Assembly: GCA_039812025.1 (NCBI GenBank)
Contig: JBDHZS010000001.1
Coordinates: 1,429-65,428, forward strand
Source: Nocardioides sp.
Lineage (GTDB): Bacteria; Actinomycetota; Actinomycetes; Propionibacteriales; Nocardioidaceae
Length of the DNA: 64,000 nt
Direction of reading: 5' to 3'
Shown: in pieces, positions 35,862-45,400 of the stretch
How the letters are laid out: each line of letters begins with the position of its first letter
Position numbering within the stretch: the stretch's first letter is position 1
The notes under the pieces: generated by a model
Told to the model about the DNA's origin: nothing
Seen by the model: only the letters and a program-made list of their open reading frames with translations
Databases searched by the model: none
Made by a program: the position numbers and the translations under genes

Positions 35862-36767
35862 TCAGGTGTTGCTGAACATCCGCAGCAGGGATGGGGCAAC
35901 GAGCAGCGCCATGAAGATGACGCCGAGCAGGGAGCCGGGGATGGTCATGCGCTCACCGACGGCATTGGCCTCGGCGATCTCGTCGTTGAGCATCGCGGTG
36001 CGCATGGCTGCTGAGCGGGCACGCAGGTTGGCGTAGACCGACGCGCCCTCCTCCCCGGACAGCCGCATGATGTCGGCGAAGTCGTCGAGCTCGGGCAGAC
36101 CCAGCTCGTCGGCAAGGGCGTGCAGGGCATCCCACGGCGGCTGGCCCGACCAGCGCGACCTCGTCAGCTCCTCGGAGAGTCGGGTGAAGACCCACGAGTC
36201 GCCGACCTCAGCCGCGGCTTCCATCGCTTGCCGTACGCCGGAGCCGTTGTGCCGCTCCAATGCGACGAGGTCGATGTAAGCGCCGAGCGCACGCGCGAAC
36301 TCGAGCCGGGCCTTCCGGGCATCGTCGACCGCGTTGTAGTTGGGCAGGAAGAACATCACCACAGCCAGACCGACCGACGCGATGGCCGGGACCGCGACCG
36401 GAAAGCCCAGGCCGATCTGCTCGAAGAAGAACGCCAGCAGCGGCGGGATCACCAACCCCATGAGCGCCATAACGATCTTGTCGCCGTAGAACCGGGCCAA
36501 CGGGATGCGCAGCAACGCCAGCTCCCTCGTCGGCGTCCTGATCCAGACGGCCGGCGGGAGTGCCTTGATCGCCCACACGCCGATCCGCTCCTTGCCCTTG
36601 GCGGTCGTGACCGGGCCGCCGGCGTTCGCCCGTCCCTTGGCGGGCGTCAGTCGTGACAGAGCTTCGGCGAGGTCCGGCTCGGCCGGCATCAGGCGGGCGA
36701 TGAGCAGCACGACGCCGAGACCGAGGAACGCCCCTCCCAGCAGAGCAACTTGCAGTCCGGTGGTCAT
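35862..36767 (-). CDS. tadC: TadC-like pilus platform protein
   Basis: YIDLVALERHNGSG..QA, ANAVGERMTIP; T2SSF-like TM layout. Confidence 0.85.
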   Translation of the reverse strand: MTTGLQVALLGGAFLGLGVVLLIARLMPAEPDLAEALSRLTPAKGRANAGGPVTTAKGKERIGVWAIKALPPAVWIRTPTRELALLRIPLARFYGDKIVMALMGLVIPPLLAFFFEQIGLGFPVAVPAIASVGLAVVMFFLPNYNAVDDARKARLEFARALGAYIDLVALERHNGSGVRQAMEAAAEVGDSWVFTRLSEELTRSRWSGQPPWDALHALADELGLPELDDFADIMRLSGEEGASVYANLRARSAAMRTAMLNDEIAEANAVGERMTIPGSLLGVIFMALLVAPSLLRMFSNT

Positions 36768-37621
36768 GCTGCGCCCTCCCTGGTGACGGGGACGGGCGAC
36801 AAGAACCTGGGCATCGCCCGTCCGAGCGCCATGCGTTTCATCCAGACGAGCGTCGCGATGTAGAGCGACAGCAACACCACCAGGACGACCTGCCCGAGCG
36901 GGCTCTGGTACGGCCGCACGTAAGTCCCCGACACCGCGAGGATCACCAGCACGCCGACGCTGATCAGGGTGACCCAGCGTGCGGTGGCACGAGGCTTGGC
37001 GCGGTCTGCCTCGACCTGACGACGAGCGCGTACGTCGGCCGCAACCGACTCCGCGAGACCTTCGAGCACGCTCGCGAGCCCTGCGCCCCTTCTGCGGGCG
37101 CCGAGGATCAGGTTGGCGGCCACGAGGTCGCCGGTTGCATCGTCGAGCTCGTCGGCGAACGCGCGCAGGGCGTCCTCGGTGGGCCAGCGGGCGCGCAGCC
37201 GGGCCACCAGTCGGGTCACCTCGGGGGCAATCGCGGCAGGAGTCGAGCGCAGCGTCGCGACCAATGCCTGCTCCAGGCCGACGCCGACCGTGAGCACGCC
37301 GGAGAGGGAGCGGGTCCATTCCTCCATCGCTTCGAGGCGGGCGATCCGCTGGGCGGCCGAGGAGGAGGAGAGCAGGACGGGCAGGCCGACGAAGGCAATG
37401 GGGACGACGATGAGGGCGAGCACCCATCCGGTCACCAGGAATGCCACGACGCCGGCGGCGACTCCGCCGAGCAGGAGCATCCGGGTCTGCTTGGTAAGCG
37501 TGCGGACCTTGCGCGGCCGGGAGGGACGCTCGACCACCGGGGACGGGCGCAGGCCCACGACGAGAGCGATCAGGCCACCGACGATCAGCGCGCCGGCGAG
37601 GGCAGGGACGAGGACGATCAC
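36764..37621 (-). CDS. tadB: TadB-like pilus platform protein
   Basis: WTRSLSGVLTVGVGLEQA, L..VLEGLA...RRQVEADRA. Confidence 0.85.
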   Translation of the reverse strand: MIVLVPALAGALIVGGLIALVVGLRPSPVVERPSRPRKVRTLTKQTRMLLLGGVAAGVVAFLVTGWVLALIVVPIAFVGLPVLLSSSSAAQRIARLEAMEEWTRSLSGVLTVGVGLEQALVATLRSTPAAIAPEVTRLVARLRARWPTEDALRAFADELDDATGDLVAANLILGARRRGAGLASVLEGLAESVAADVRARRQVEADRAKPRATARWVTLISVGVLVILAVSGTYVRPYQSPLGQVVLVVLLSLYIATLVWMKRMALGRAMPRFLSPVPVTREGAA

Positions 37622-39117
37622 GACCGCACCTCCTGCTGGGCCAGGTAGGAGCTGAGGTCGAAGCCGTACGCCGCGAGCGCCCGGTAGGAGTCGGGCAGGA
37701 TCGCCGGAACCGCCGTGCCATTGAGGTCGGGCGCGAAGACGTGGGTGGTCGCATAGCCGGTCTCGCGCTCGCCGGGGTCGAGGGCGATGATCTCGGCCAC
37801 CCGGCGTCGCCGAGCCGAACGCCCGCCGTCGTTGGTGGTGCGCATGTCGAGGTGGACGATCACGTCGATGGTCGACGCGAGCTTGCTCGTGGCCAGCGCG
37901 TGGGTGACGTGAGGCCCGGCTTCCATCGCGCAGGTGACCAGCTTGCGGATCGCCGCCACCGCGTCTGAGGCGTGGGTGGTGGAGATGGAACCTGTGCCGG
38001 ACTCCATCGCTTTGATCATCGCCCAGACCTCTTTGCCTCGGACCTCGCCGACGATCTGGCGAGCGAGGTTGAAGCGGAAGGAGTCGACCAGGGCGTCGTC
38101 GAGCGTGAACTCGCCGGCCATGCGCCCGTCCGCACCACGCTCCCCGGAGCCCGGACGTGCCTCCCACGGGTGCACGATCTTGTGCCGACCCAACTCGTGC
38201 AGGTGCAGCTCATACTCGGTCTCGAAGGTGCCAATCGCCTCCAAGGGGTCGATCTCGGCGCAGAGCGCCCGGACCAAGGTCGTCTTGCCCGCGCCCTGTG
38301 CGCCGGATACCACGATGGACTTGCGAGCACGCACCGCCGCCCGCAGGAACGACGCGGCGACCGGCGTGAGCATCTCTCTGGCCACCAAGTCGTCGAGCGT
38401 GACCGTCATCAGCCGGTGCCGCCGGATCACCACAGACGGCCGCGGGGTGACCCATGCGGCAGCGGCGAGACGCGAGCCCCCGTCGAGCCGGAGATGCAGG
38501 CGCGGTTGGGCTTCGGAGAACCCGCGAGCGTTCACCTCGGAGCGCGAGGCGAGGAAGACCAGGAAGTCGATCAGCTCCTCGTCGGAGTCGGCGACCGGGG
38601 GTCCGTCGACCTGGGAGCCGTCGATGAGTTCCAGGACAACGCTGTCGTGGCCGGTGATGATGATGTTCTCCACCCGGTCGTCGTCCACCAGCGGTTGAAG
38701 CCGGCCGAGCCGGAACAGCGAGTCGAAGACCGCCCGAGCGAGAGCATCCTGCTCAGCGACAGGAAGGGTGGGCATCCCCGCGTTGACGCGGTCGGCGACG
38801 GTGGCCTCGATGAGGTCGAGGACGATCGTCCGCCCCAACTCCTCCTGCGCGAGCTTGTCGAGCCGTCCTCGGTCGGCGGCGACCGACTGGCTGAGCTGCT
38901 CGGAGGCTTGCGCACGCAGGGCAGAGACCAGCGACCAGTCCAGGTTCCTGCCGATGGATGCAGTGGTGCTCACAGCCGACAGGTGTCCCACCGACGTCAG
39001 CGGGCGGGCGATGTCGCGATGCTCGGCGACGGGCGGCACTGGCTGGGTGAATAGCGGCAGCCCGGCTGGCGGGGTCTCGTAATCCTCGTTGGTCTCAGGG
39101 GCGCGCTCCGTCGTCAT
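37618..39117 (-). CDS. tadA: TadA/CpaF pilus assembly ATPase
   Basis: GRLQPLVDD..VENI, GAQGAGKTT, IVGEVRG, STTHA. Confidence 0.93.
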   Translation of the reverse strand: MTTERAPETNEDYETPPAGLPLFTQPVPPVAEHRDIARPLTSVGHLSAVSTTASIGRNLDWSLVSALRAQASEQLSQSVAADRGRLDKLAQEELGRTIVLDLIEATVADRVNAGMPTLPVAEQDALARAVFDSLFRLGRLQPLVDDDRVENIIITGHDSVVLELIDGSQVDGPPVADSDEELIDFLVFLASRSEVNARGFSEAQPRLHLRLDGGSRLAAAAWVTPRPSVVIRRHRLMTVTLDDLVAREMLTPVAASFLRAAVRARKSIVVSGAQGAGKTTLVRALCAEIDPLEAIGTFETEYELHLHELGRHKIVHPWEARPGSGERGADGRMAGEFTLDDALVDSFRFNLARQIVGEVRGKEVWAMIKAMESGTGSISTTHASDAVAAIRKLVTCAMEAGPHVTHALATSKLASTIDVIVHLDMRTTNDGGRSARRRRVAEIIALDPGERETGYATTHVFAPDLNGTAVPAILPDSYRALAAYGFDLSSYLAQQEVRS

Positions 39118-39881
39118 GACCGGGCTCCTTCGAGCAGCTCGTTGCGACGGCGGGTGATCGTCGAGTGGATCGAGGCGATGGCCGCGTGGAGTCCTCGGGC
39201 CAGAGGTCCCGTGTCGAACTTCTTGGGAGGTTGCGCTCCTCGGGAGAAGACCGCTGCGGACTCGGGGTCGTTCGGCAGAGAGCCGAGCACGGGGAGGTTG
39301 ACCGCCCCGGAGACGTCGCGGGCGCTGTAGGGCTGGCCTTCGCCGATCAGCAGGACCGCAGACTGGTGCCAGTCGAGTGCGGGGCGCTGAAATGCTTCGG
39401 CCCACGACCGCAGTGCCGACAGGTTCGGCAGCGTCGTACGACTGACGAGCAGCGCCAGGTCGGCGGCGTCGAGCAGGGGCTCCGGCGACCCGTGAAGTCC
39501 CAGTCGACCGGCATCGACGATCACGTCCTGACCGGTGGACTCAAGGTCGCTCAACACGTCGGCCAGTGGAGTCCAGAGGTCCCGCAGCGCGCTGGCCTGG
39601 GTGTGCGATCTGGTGCCGGCGACGAACGACACGGTGGTGCCCTCGATGGGACGGGCGACGTCGGCGAGTGCATCGCTGAGGTTGCTCGCCGTCAGCGCCA
39701 ACTCGATGAGCCCGGCGTCGTACTCCCGCGTGCCGCGGAAGTAGCCCGCCAACAACCCGGAGCCGCCGGTGGGATCGGCCTCGACGAGCAGGACCGGGCG
39801 CGGCCAGAGCAGCGCCAGCCCGAGAGCCGTCGTGGTGACGCCGGGCGAGCCGGAGGCAGAAGTGAGAGCGATGACGGCCAT
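39114..39881 (-). CDS. TadZ/CpaE-like MinD/ParA-family protein
   Basis: SASGSPGVTT deviant P-loop, LVEADPTGG, VIVDAGR. Confidence 0.82.
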   Translation of the reverse strand: MAVIALTSASGSPGVTTTALGLALLWPRPVLLVEADPTGGSGLLAGYFRGTREYDAGLIELALTASNLSDALADVARPIEGTTVSFVAGTRSHTQASALRDLWTPLADVLSDLESTGQDVIVDAGRLGLHGSPEPLLDAADLALLVSRTTLPNLSALRSWAEAFQRPALDWHQSAVLLIGEGQPYSARDVSGAVNLPVLGSLPNDPESAAVFSRGAQPPKKFDTGPLARGLHAAIASIHSTITRRRNELLEGARS

Positions 39882-40549
39882 CAGCGCTCCCGCGACTCCA
39901 GGACGAGGGCGATGTTGCCGGTGGCGATCCGCGTGGCCAGCACCGGGGCGTCAGCCTTCGGGACGAGCAGGTCGACTACGGACTGCCCGGTCTCCTCGGA
40001 GACGTGGACCCCGACGACGGTGGCATCGTTGGTCAGCGGCGTCCCGGCCGGGAGTTCCTCGCCCTGCGCGGGAGTCACCACGACGAGCACGCGGTCGCCG
40101 TACTGAAGATCCAGGCCGGGTGCCTGGGCTGGGGTCAGCGCGACCCCGACCACCGACTGTCCCTCGCCTGGAACGACCTCGGCGGTGAACGAGCCCGGCG
40201 TGAGAATCCCGCCCTCGGCGATGTCCATCGCTGCTCGCTGCCCGACGACCTCCTCCAACTGTGAGGCCGCGACCGGCTTGAGGGCAGGGTCGGCGCTGAG
40301 CCGTACGCGGGCGAGAGCGTCGGCTTCGATCACCGCGCCGCGCTCGATGGAGTGCCGTGCGACGAGGACCTCTTGGGTATTCGTCGTCGCCGTCCATGCC
40401 CATCCGGCGAGCAGGGCGCCGATGCAGACGGCACCGATCGCGGCAGCGATGAGCGCGGGACGTCGCCGCAACTTCGGTGGCGGCGCGAGGGCAGTCGCGG
40501 CCGGACCCTCCTGGTTGAGAGTCCCGTCGATCCGGGTGGCTGTACTCAT
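39881..40549 (-). CDS. SAF-domain (CpaB/RcpC-like) protein
   Basis: TM, VLVARHSIERGAVI, GQRAAMDI..G, GDRV.VV. Confidence 0.82.
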   Translation of the reverse strand: MSTATRIDGTLNQEGPAATALAPPPKLRRRPALIAAAIGAVCIGALLAGWAWTATTNTQEVLVARHSIERGAVIEADALARVRLSADPALKPVAASQLEEVVGQRAAMDIAEGGILTPGSFTAEVVPGEGQSVVGVALTPAQAPGLDLQYGDRVLVVVTPAQGEELPAGTPLTNDATVVGVHVSEETGQSVVDLLVPKADAPVLATRIATGNIALVLESRER

Positions 40550-40572
40550 GCTCACTGCCTCTCCGCTGCCCG

Positions 40573-41517
40573 TTACTGCACGAGCACCTGCGCTTCCCCG
40601 ACCGAGATCGCGGTCGATCGTGTGAGGCCGTTCAGCCGGATGGTTCCGGTCTGGCCCGCCCCTTCCCATGTGATGACCCAGTCCGAGGTGGCGGTCACCG
40701 TGTACTTCCCGTCCGGCTTCTTCGAGCTCGACTTCTCATACGTGTGCCCGCAGTCCGGCGACTTCGCTCTGCCGTACGACGGTTTGTACGCGGTGCCTGC
40801 GCCCGTGCAGGTCACCTCGGTGCCATCGCCCATGTCCCAAGTGATCTTGTGGAGCGTCGCTGTGGCGGTGACGGTGATCCCGCCGGCGCTCGCGGACTCG
40901 GTGATCGGCCCGACGGTGTGCTCGTCGGGGTTGGCAGCCCACATCCACACGGGCATGCCGACGATGCCGATGCTGTCCTCACCAGGCTCGGGTGTGATGC
41001 CGATGTCGATGGCGCGCAGGTCCATCTGCTCGATTGCGAGTTCCGCGACCTGGCGGGGAGTCGGACCGCCACCAGACGGTGGGGGCGGGTTGGCGAACCA
41101 GATGAGGGTCACGGTGTTCGTCTGTGGCTGCGTGCACACATACACCGCGCCGCCGTCTTGGTAGGTGCCCTCCCAGAACGGCGACCCCGGTGGCGGCTGT
41201 GGGTCGGCCAGAGTGATGTAGCAGGCAACCGAGTTCACCCAGTAGCCCGCGTCTGAGGTGCAGGGCACTGGCCCTGGGGGTGGCGATGTCCCGCTCCAAT
41301 AGCAGGCCGAACCAGAGCCAGTGTCCTTCGGTCCATCGTCACCCTGGTCGCCGGGATCGCCCAGGTTGCCGGGCACCTCGACGTAGATCAGGCAGACGCC
41401 CGTCTCGGGGTCGGTGACCTGGCAGACCGTGTCGGCGTAGGACGGCGCCGGGGCGAGGATCAGTAGACCCGCCGCTGCGAGTGAGAGTGCGACGACACGG
41501 GCTATAAGGCTTCGCAT
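40573..41517 (-). CDS. Secreted Cys/Pro-rich protein with C-terminal PKD/Ig-like domain (candidate adhesin)
   Basis: Signal peptide, VGMPVWMW, WDMGDG..VTC.GAG, CGHTY. Confidence 0.75.
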   Translation of the reverse strand: MRSLIARVVALSLAAAGLLILAPAPSYADTVCQVTDPETGVCLIYVEVPGNLGDPGDQGDDGPKDTGSGSACYWSGTSPPPGPVPCTSDAGYWVNSVACYITLADPQPPPGSPFWEGTYQDGGAVYVCTQPQTNTVTLIWFANPPPPSGGGPTPRQVAELAIEQMDLRAIDIGITPEPGEDSIGIVGMPVWMWAANPDEHTVGPITESASAGGITVTATATLHKITWDMGDGTEVTCTGAGTAYKPSYGRAKSPDCGHTYEKSSSKKPDGKYTVTATSDWVITWEGAGQTGTIRLNGLTRSTAISVGEAQVLVQ

Positions 41518-42119
41518 GGCGTGCGCTCGATGTCCTGGCTGGAGGCGACACGCCACGAGCCATCGGGATCGGTGTCCCACTGGTAGTTCGACACCAGGAA
41601 CTGAATCCAGCCGGTGTCCGGTCGGTCGGGGGTGACGACCGACTTGCCGTCCTTGTCGATGACGTCCACATCGCTGACGTCGAAGCACAGGTCGATCTGG
41701 ACGGTCGGAACCTTGCCGTCCTTGGGGTCGGAGTTGTCGAGGTTGACTGACTTCACGTCCAGCTCGACGACCTTCGTCTCGCCGGTCTGCCGCAGGCCCT
41801 GCTCGCGCTCGCGCTTGAACAGGTTTTGCTGGGCGGCGAGCTCGGTGCTGATCGCGACGTCGTCGAGGAGGGTCAGCGGCTGGGTCGGGTCTTGGCGAAG
41901 CTGGTTGCGGACGTCATAGAACTTCCGCAGAACAGCAGACGCCGCCTCTGAGGCAACTTCACTGTCAGACGGCGGCGTCGGTTGGGATGTGGTTGGGGCC
42001 GGCGAGCTCGGGCTGGGGCTCGGACTCGCCGCTGGTTCATTGCCTTCGGCACACGACGTCAGAGCGGCGACAATCAGTGCTGCCGTCGCGACACTCTGGA
42101 CTCCTCGTACGCGCGTCAT
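41502..42119 (-). CDS. Lipoprotein, first gene of the Tad operon
   Basis: Lipobox LTSC, Ser/Pro linker. Confidence 0.82.
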   Translation of the reverse strand: MTRVRGVQSVATAALIVAALTSCAEGNEPAASPSPSPSSPAPTTSQPTPPSDSEVASEAASAVLRKFYDVRNQLRQDPTQPLTLLDDVAISTELAAQQNLFKREREQGLRQTGETKVVELDVKSVNLDNSDPKDGKVPTVQIDLCFDVSDVDVIDKDGKSVVTPDRPDTGWIQFLVSNYQWDTDPDGSWRVASSQDIERTPCEAL

Positions 42120-42439
42120 GACCGAGATCCTCTGCTCGACACCAGGGTTGGTGTTGAGTGCGGACGACGCCTTGCCGACGGACCGGCGAGGTCGCCGTGT
42201 TCGTAGTCTACGTCACAAATCGGGCTTTGAACCTGGCTACCCTTCACGTCCTTCTCCTTCCGCCTCGCGGCCGAGACCGTCGCCTCTGCTCCCCAGGTGC
42301 TCCGCGGCGTACGCCTCCTGCGCCCGTCCCACGCGCCCCTGCCCTCCTTCTCGGCATACACGTCATGCAGAACGAGGTGGGCTCGGTAGGGATGTCAACT
42401 GTGGATGGATTCGCCCCAATCGAGTCTGTGAACATCTCG

Positions 42440-42466
42440 GCACACCTTCACGCCGAGGAGGTGTGC
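42440..42466 (+). promoter_or_regulatory. GCACACCTT motif whose inverted copy overlaps the relaxase RBS
   Basis: GCACACCTTC-ACGCCGA-GGAGGTGTGC hairpin ending 4 nt before ATG 42471. Confidence 0.65.
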
Positions 42467-42470
42467 GGCG

Positions 42471-45400
42471 ATGACCGTGTCGATGAAGGCGATCCGCGCG
42501 GGTCGGGGCTACGACTACCTGCTCAAGAGCGTGGTGCGGGGCGACGCCAACATGACCGACCCCAACCCGGTCACGAGGTACTACACAGAGGAAGGCACTC
42601 CGCCCGGTCGCTGGATGGGGTCGGCCCTGCACGCCTTCGGCAACGGGGAGATCAAGCGCGGCGACACCGTGACGCCGCGCCAGCTTCAGGCTCTCATCGG
42701 CGCAGGGCTGGACCCTGTGACCGGCGAGAAGCTGGGACGGGCGTTCCCCACGTTTGCTCCGCTCCAGCAGCGCATGGCCGACCGCGCGGCCGAACTTCCG
42801 GCTGGTCTCACCGACGAGCAGCGCAAGGGTGCGCTCGCGCAGATCAAAGCCGAAGAGTCGAGGAAGGCGTCCAGCGGCATCGCTGGCTATGACTTCACGT
42901 TCAGCGTCCCCAAGTCGGTCTCGGCGCTCTGGGGTGTGGCTGATGCGGGCACGCAGGCGCTCATCGTCGAGGCACACCACCAGGCCGTCGCCGAGGTGCT
43001 CGACTTCATGGAGCGAGAGGTCGTCGCCACGAGGAGGGGCGTAGCCGCCGGGGACGGCGCCGTAATGCAGGCCGACGTCATCGGGGTTGCAGCGACGGCA
43101 TACGACCACTGGGACTCTCGCCTTGGTGACCCACAGCTCCACACCCACGTCGTCATCTCCAACAAGGTCAAGACCACTGAGGACGGGCGATGGCGCAGCC
43201 TGGACGGGCGACCGCTGTTCGAGGCGAACGTTCCTGTCTCCGAGTACTACAACGCCGTGCTCGCCGACCGGATGACTCGGCTGTTCGGGATCGAGTGGGA
43301 GCAGCGCGCTCGGGGCGCTGACCGGAACCGCGCATGGGAGCTCGTGCCCGTCCCAGAGGCACTCATCCGGGAGTTCTCGGGGCGCACCAGCCACATCGAG
43401 CGGGAGAAGGAGCGGCTCATCGCGGAGTACGTCGAGAAGACCGGACATCGCCCGTCCTCCGCCAAGATCATCCAGTTGCGCGCGACAGCAACCCTCGCGA
43501 CCCGCCCCGAGAAGGAAATCCGCTCCCTCTTCGACCTGACGACCGCGTGGCGAGGACGGGCGGAGAAGATTCTGGGGACGGGCGCGGTCGAATGGGCGAA
43601 GAAAGTCACCGCCCGTCCCATCGCCCGTCCTACTCTCCGCGCCGACGATGTACCTCTCGACGTGATCGGCGAGGTCTCCGTCTCCGTGGTCGGTGTGGTC
43701 GAGGAGAAGCGGTCGACCTGGCGACACTGGAACCTCTGGGCCGAGGCATCCCGGCAGACGATGGGCTGGCGCTTCGCTAGTGCCGAGGACCGGGAGGTCG
43801 TCGTTGGGATGATCGTCGAGGCTGCCAAGCAGGAGTCGTTCACCATCACGCCGCCGGAGCTGGTCACGGTGCCGGAGACGTTCCGGCGGGCCGACGGCAC
43901 CAGTCGCTTCCGGCCGCGGCACTCGGTCGTGTTCACCTCGGAGACGCTGCTCGCAGCCGAGGACCGCCTGCTCCAGCGGTCAGAAGCCATGACGGCTCCA
44001 GAGGTCAGCCTCGACGTGATCGAGCGGGTGACCCAGAAGGAACACCTGTTGTCTGCCGAGCAGTCCGAGACCCTGGCGAGCATCGCCGTGTCCGGGCGAC
44101 AGGTCGACCTCCTCGTTGGCCCGGCCGGTGCAGGCAAGACGACGGCGATGCACGCGCTCAAGACCGCTTGGATCAAGGACCACGGCAAGGGCAGTGTCGT
44201 CGGACTCGCCCCGAGCGCCGTCGCCGCGCAAGTGCTCGCCGACGACCTGGGCATCGGTTGTGAGAACACTGCCAAGTGGCTGCACGAGCACGACCGAGGC
44301 CGTGCGCGGTTCCGCAAGGGCCAGCTCGTCATCATCGACGAGGCGACCCTCGCCGGCACTCTGACGTTGGACCGGCTCACGGCGCTCGCCGCTGAGGCGG
44401 GCGCGAAGGTGCTGCTGGTCGGTGACTGGGCGCAGCTCCAGTCGGTCGACGCAGGAGGGGCGTTCAGCCTGATGGCCTCCGCCCGTCCTGACACCCCCGA
44501 GCTGACCGAGGTCCACCGCTTCACACACGAGTGGGAGAAGACAGCCTCCCTCGACCTTCGGTTCGGGCGCGCAGAGGTGATCAGCACCTACGTCGCCAAC
44601 GCGCGCGTCCAGGAGGGCACGACCGACGAGATGATGGATGCCGCCTACCTCGCGTGGGCGGCGGACGTACAGGAGGGGCGCACCTCGATCCTCGTCGCTG
44701 AGGCGACGGACATGGTGACCCGACTCAACCAGCGCGCTCGTGCGGATCGCATCGTCGCGAACCCGGTCGGAGACATCGAGGTCAACCTTGCCGACGGCAC
44801 CCAGGCATCGGAGGGCGATCTCATCATCACCCGGCATAACGACCGCCGTCTCCACACGCCGCGCGGCGGCTGGGTGCGCAACGGCGACCGCTGGACCGTC
44901 ACTCGCGTCCACAAGGACGGCTCGATGCAGGTCCAGCGACTCGGGGTCGACTTCGGCGGCACCGTCACTCTGCCTGCGGCGTACGTCGCCGAGCACGTCG
45001 ACCTCGGCTATGCCGTCACAGCCCACCGTGCCCAGGGCATGACCGTCGACACTTCGCACGTTGTCGTAACCGGCTCGACGACCCGGGAGAACTTCTACGT
45101 CTCCATGACCCGCGGCCACGACTCCAACATCGCCTACGTTGCCCTCGACAAGCCTGACGAAGGCCACGCCCCTCCCGAGCCCGACGAGGTCAACGCCCAC
45201 ACCGTTCTCTACGGCGTGCTTCGGCACATCGGCGGAGAACTGTCCGCGCACCAGATGATCGCTGCCGAACAGGAGCGCTGGACGTCGATCGCTCAGCTCG
45301 GCGCGGAGTACGAGACCATCGGCGCGGTCGCCCAGCGTGACCGGTGGATGCAGACGATCAGGAACAGCGGCTTGAGCGAGGCCCAGGTCGAGGAGGTGCT

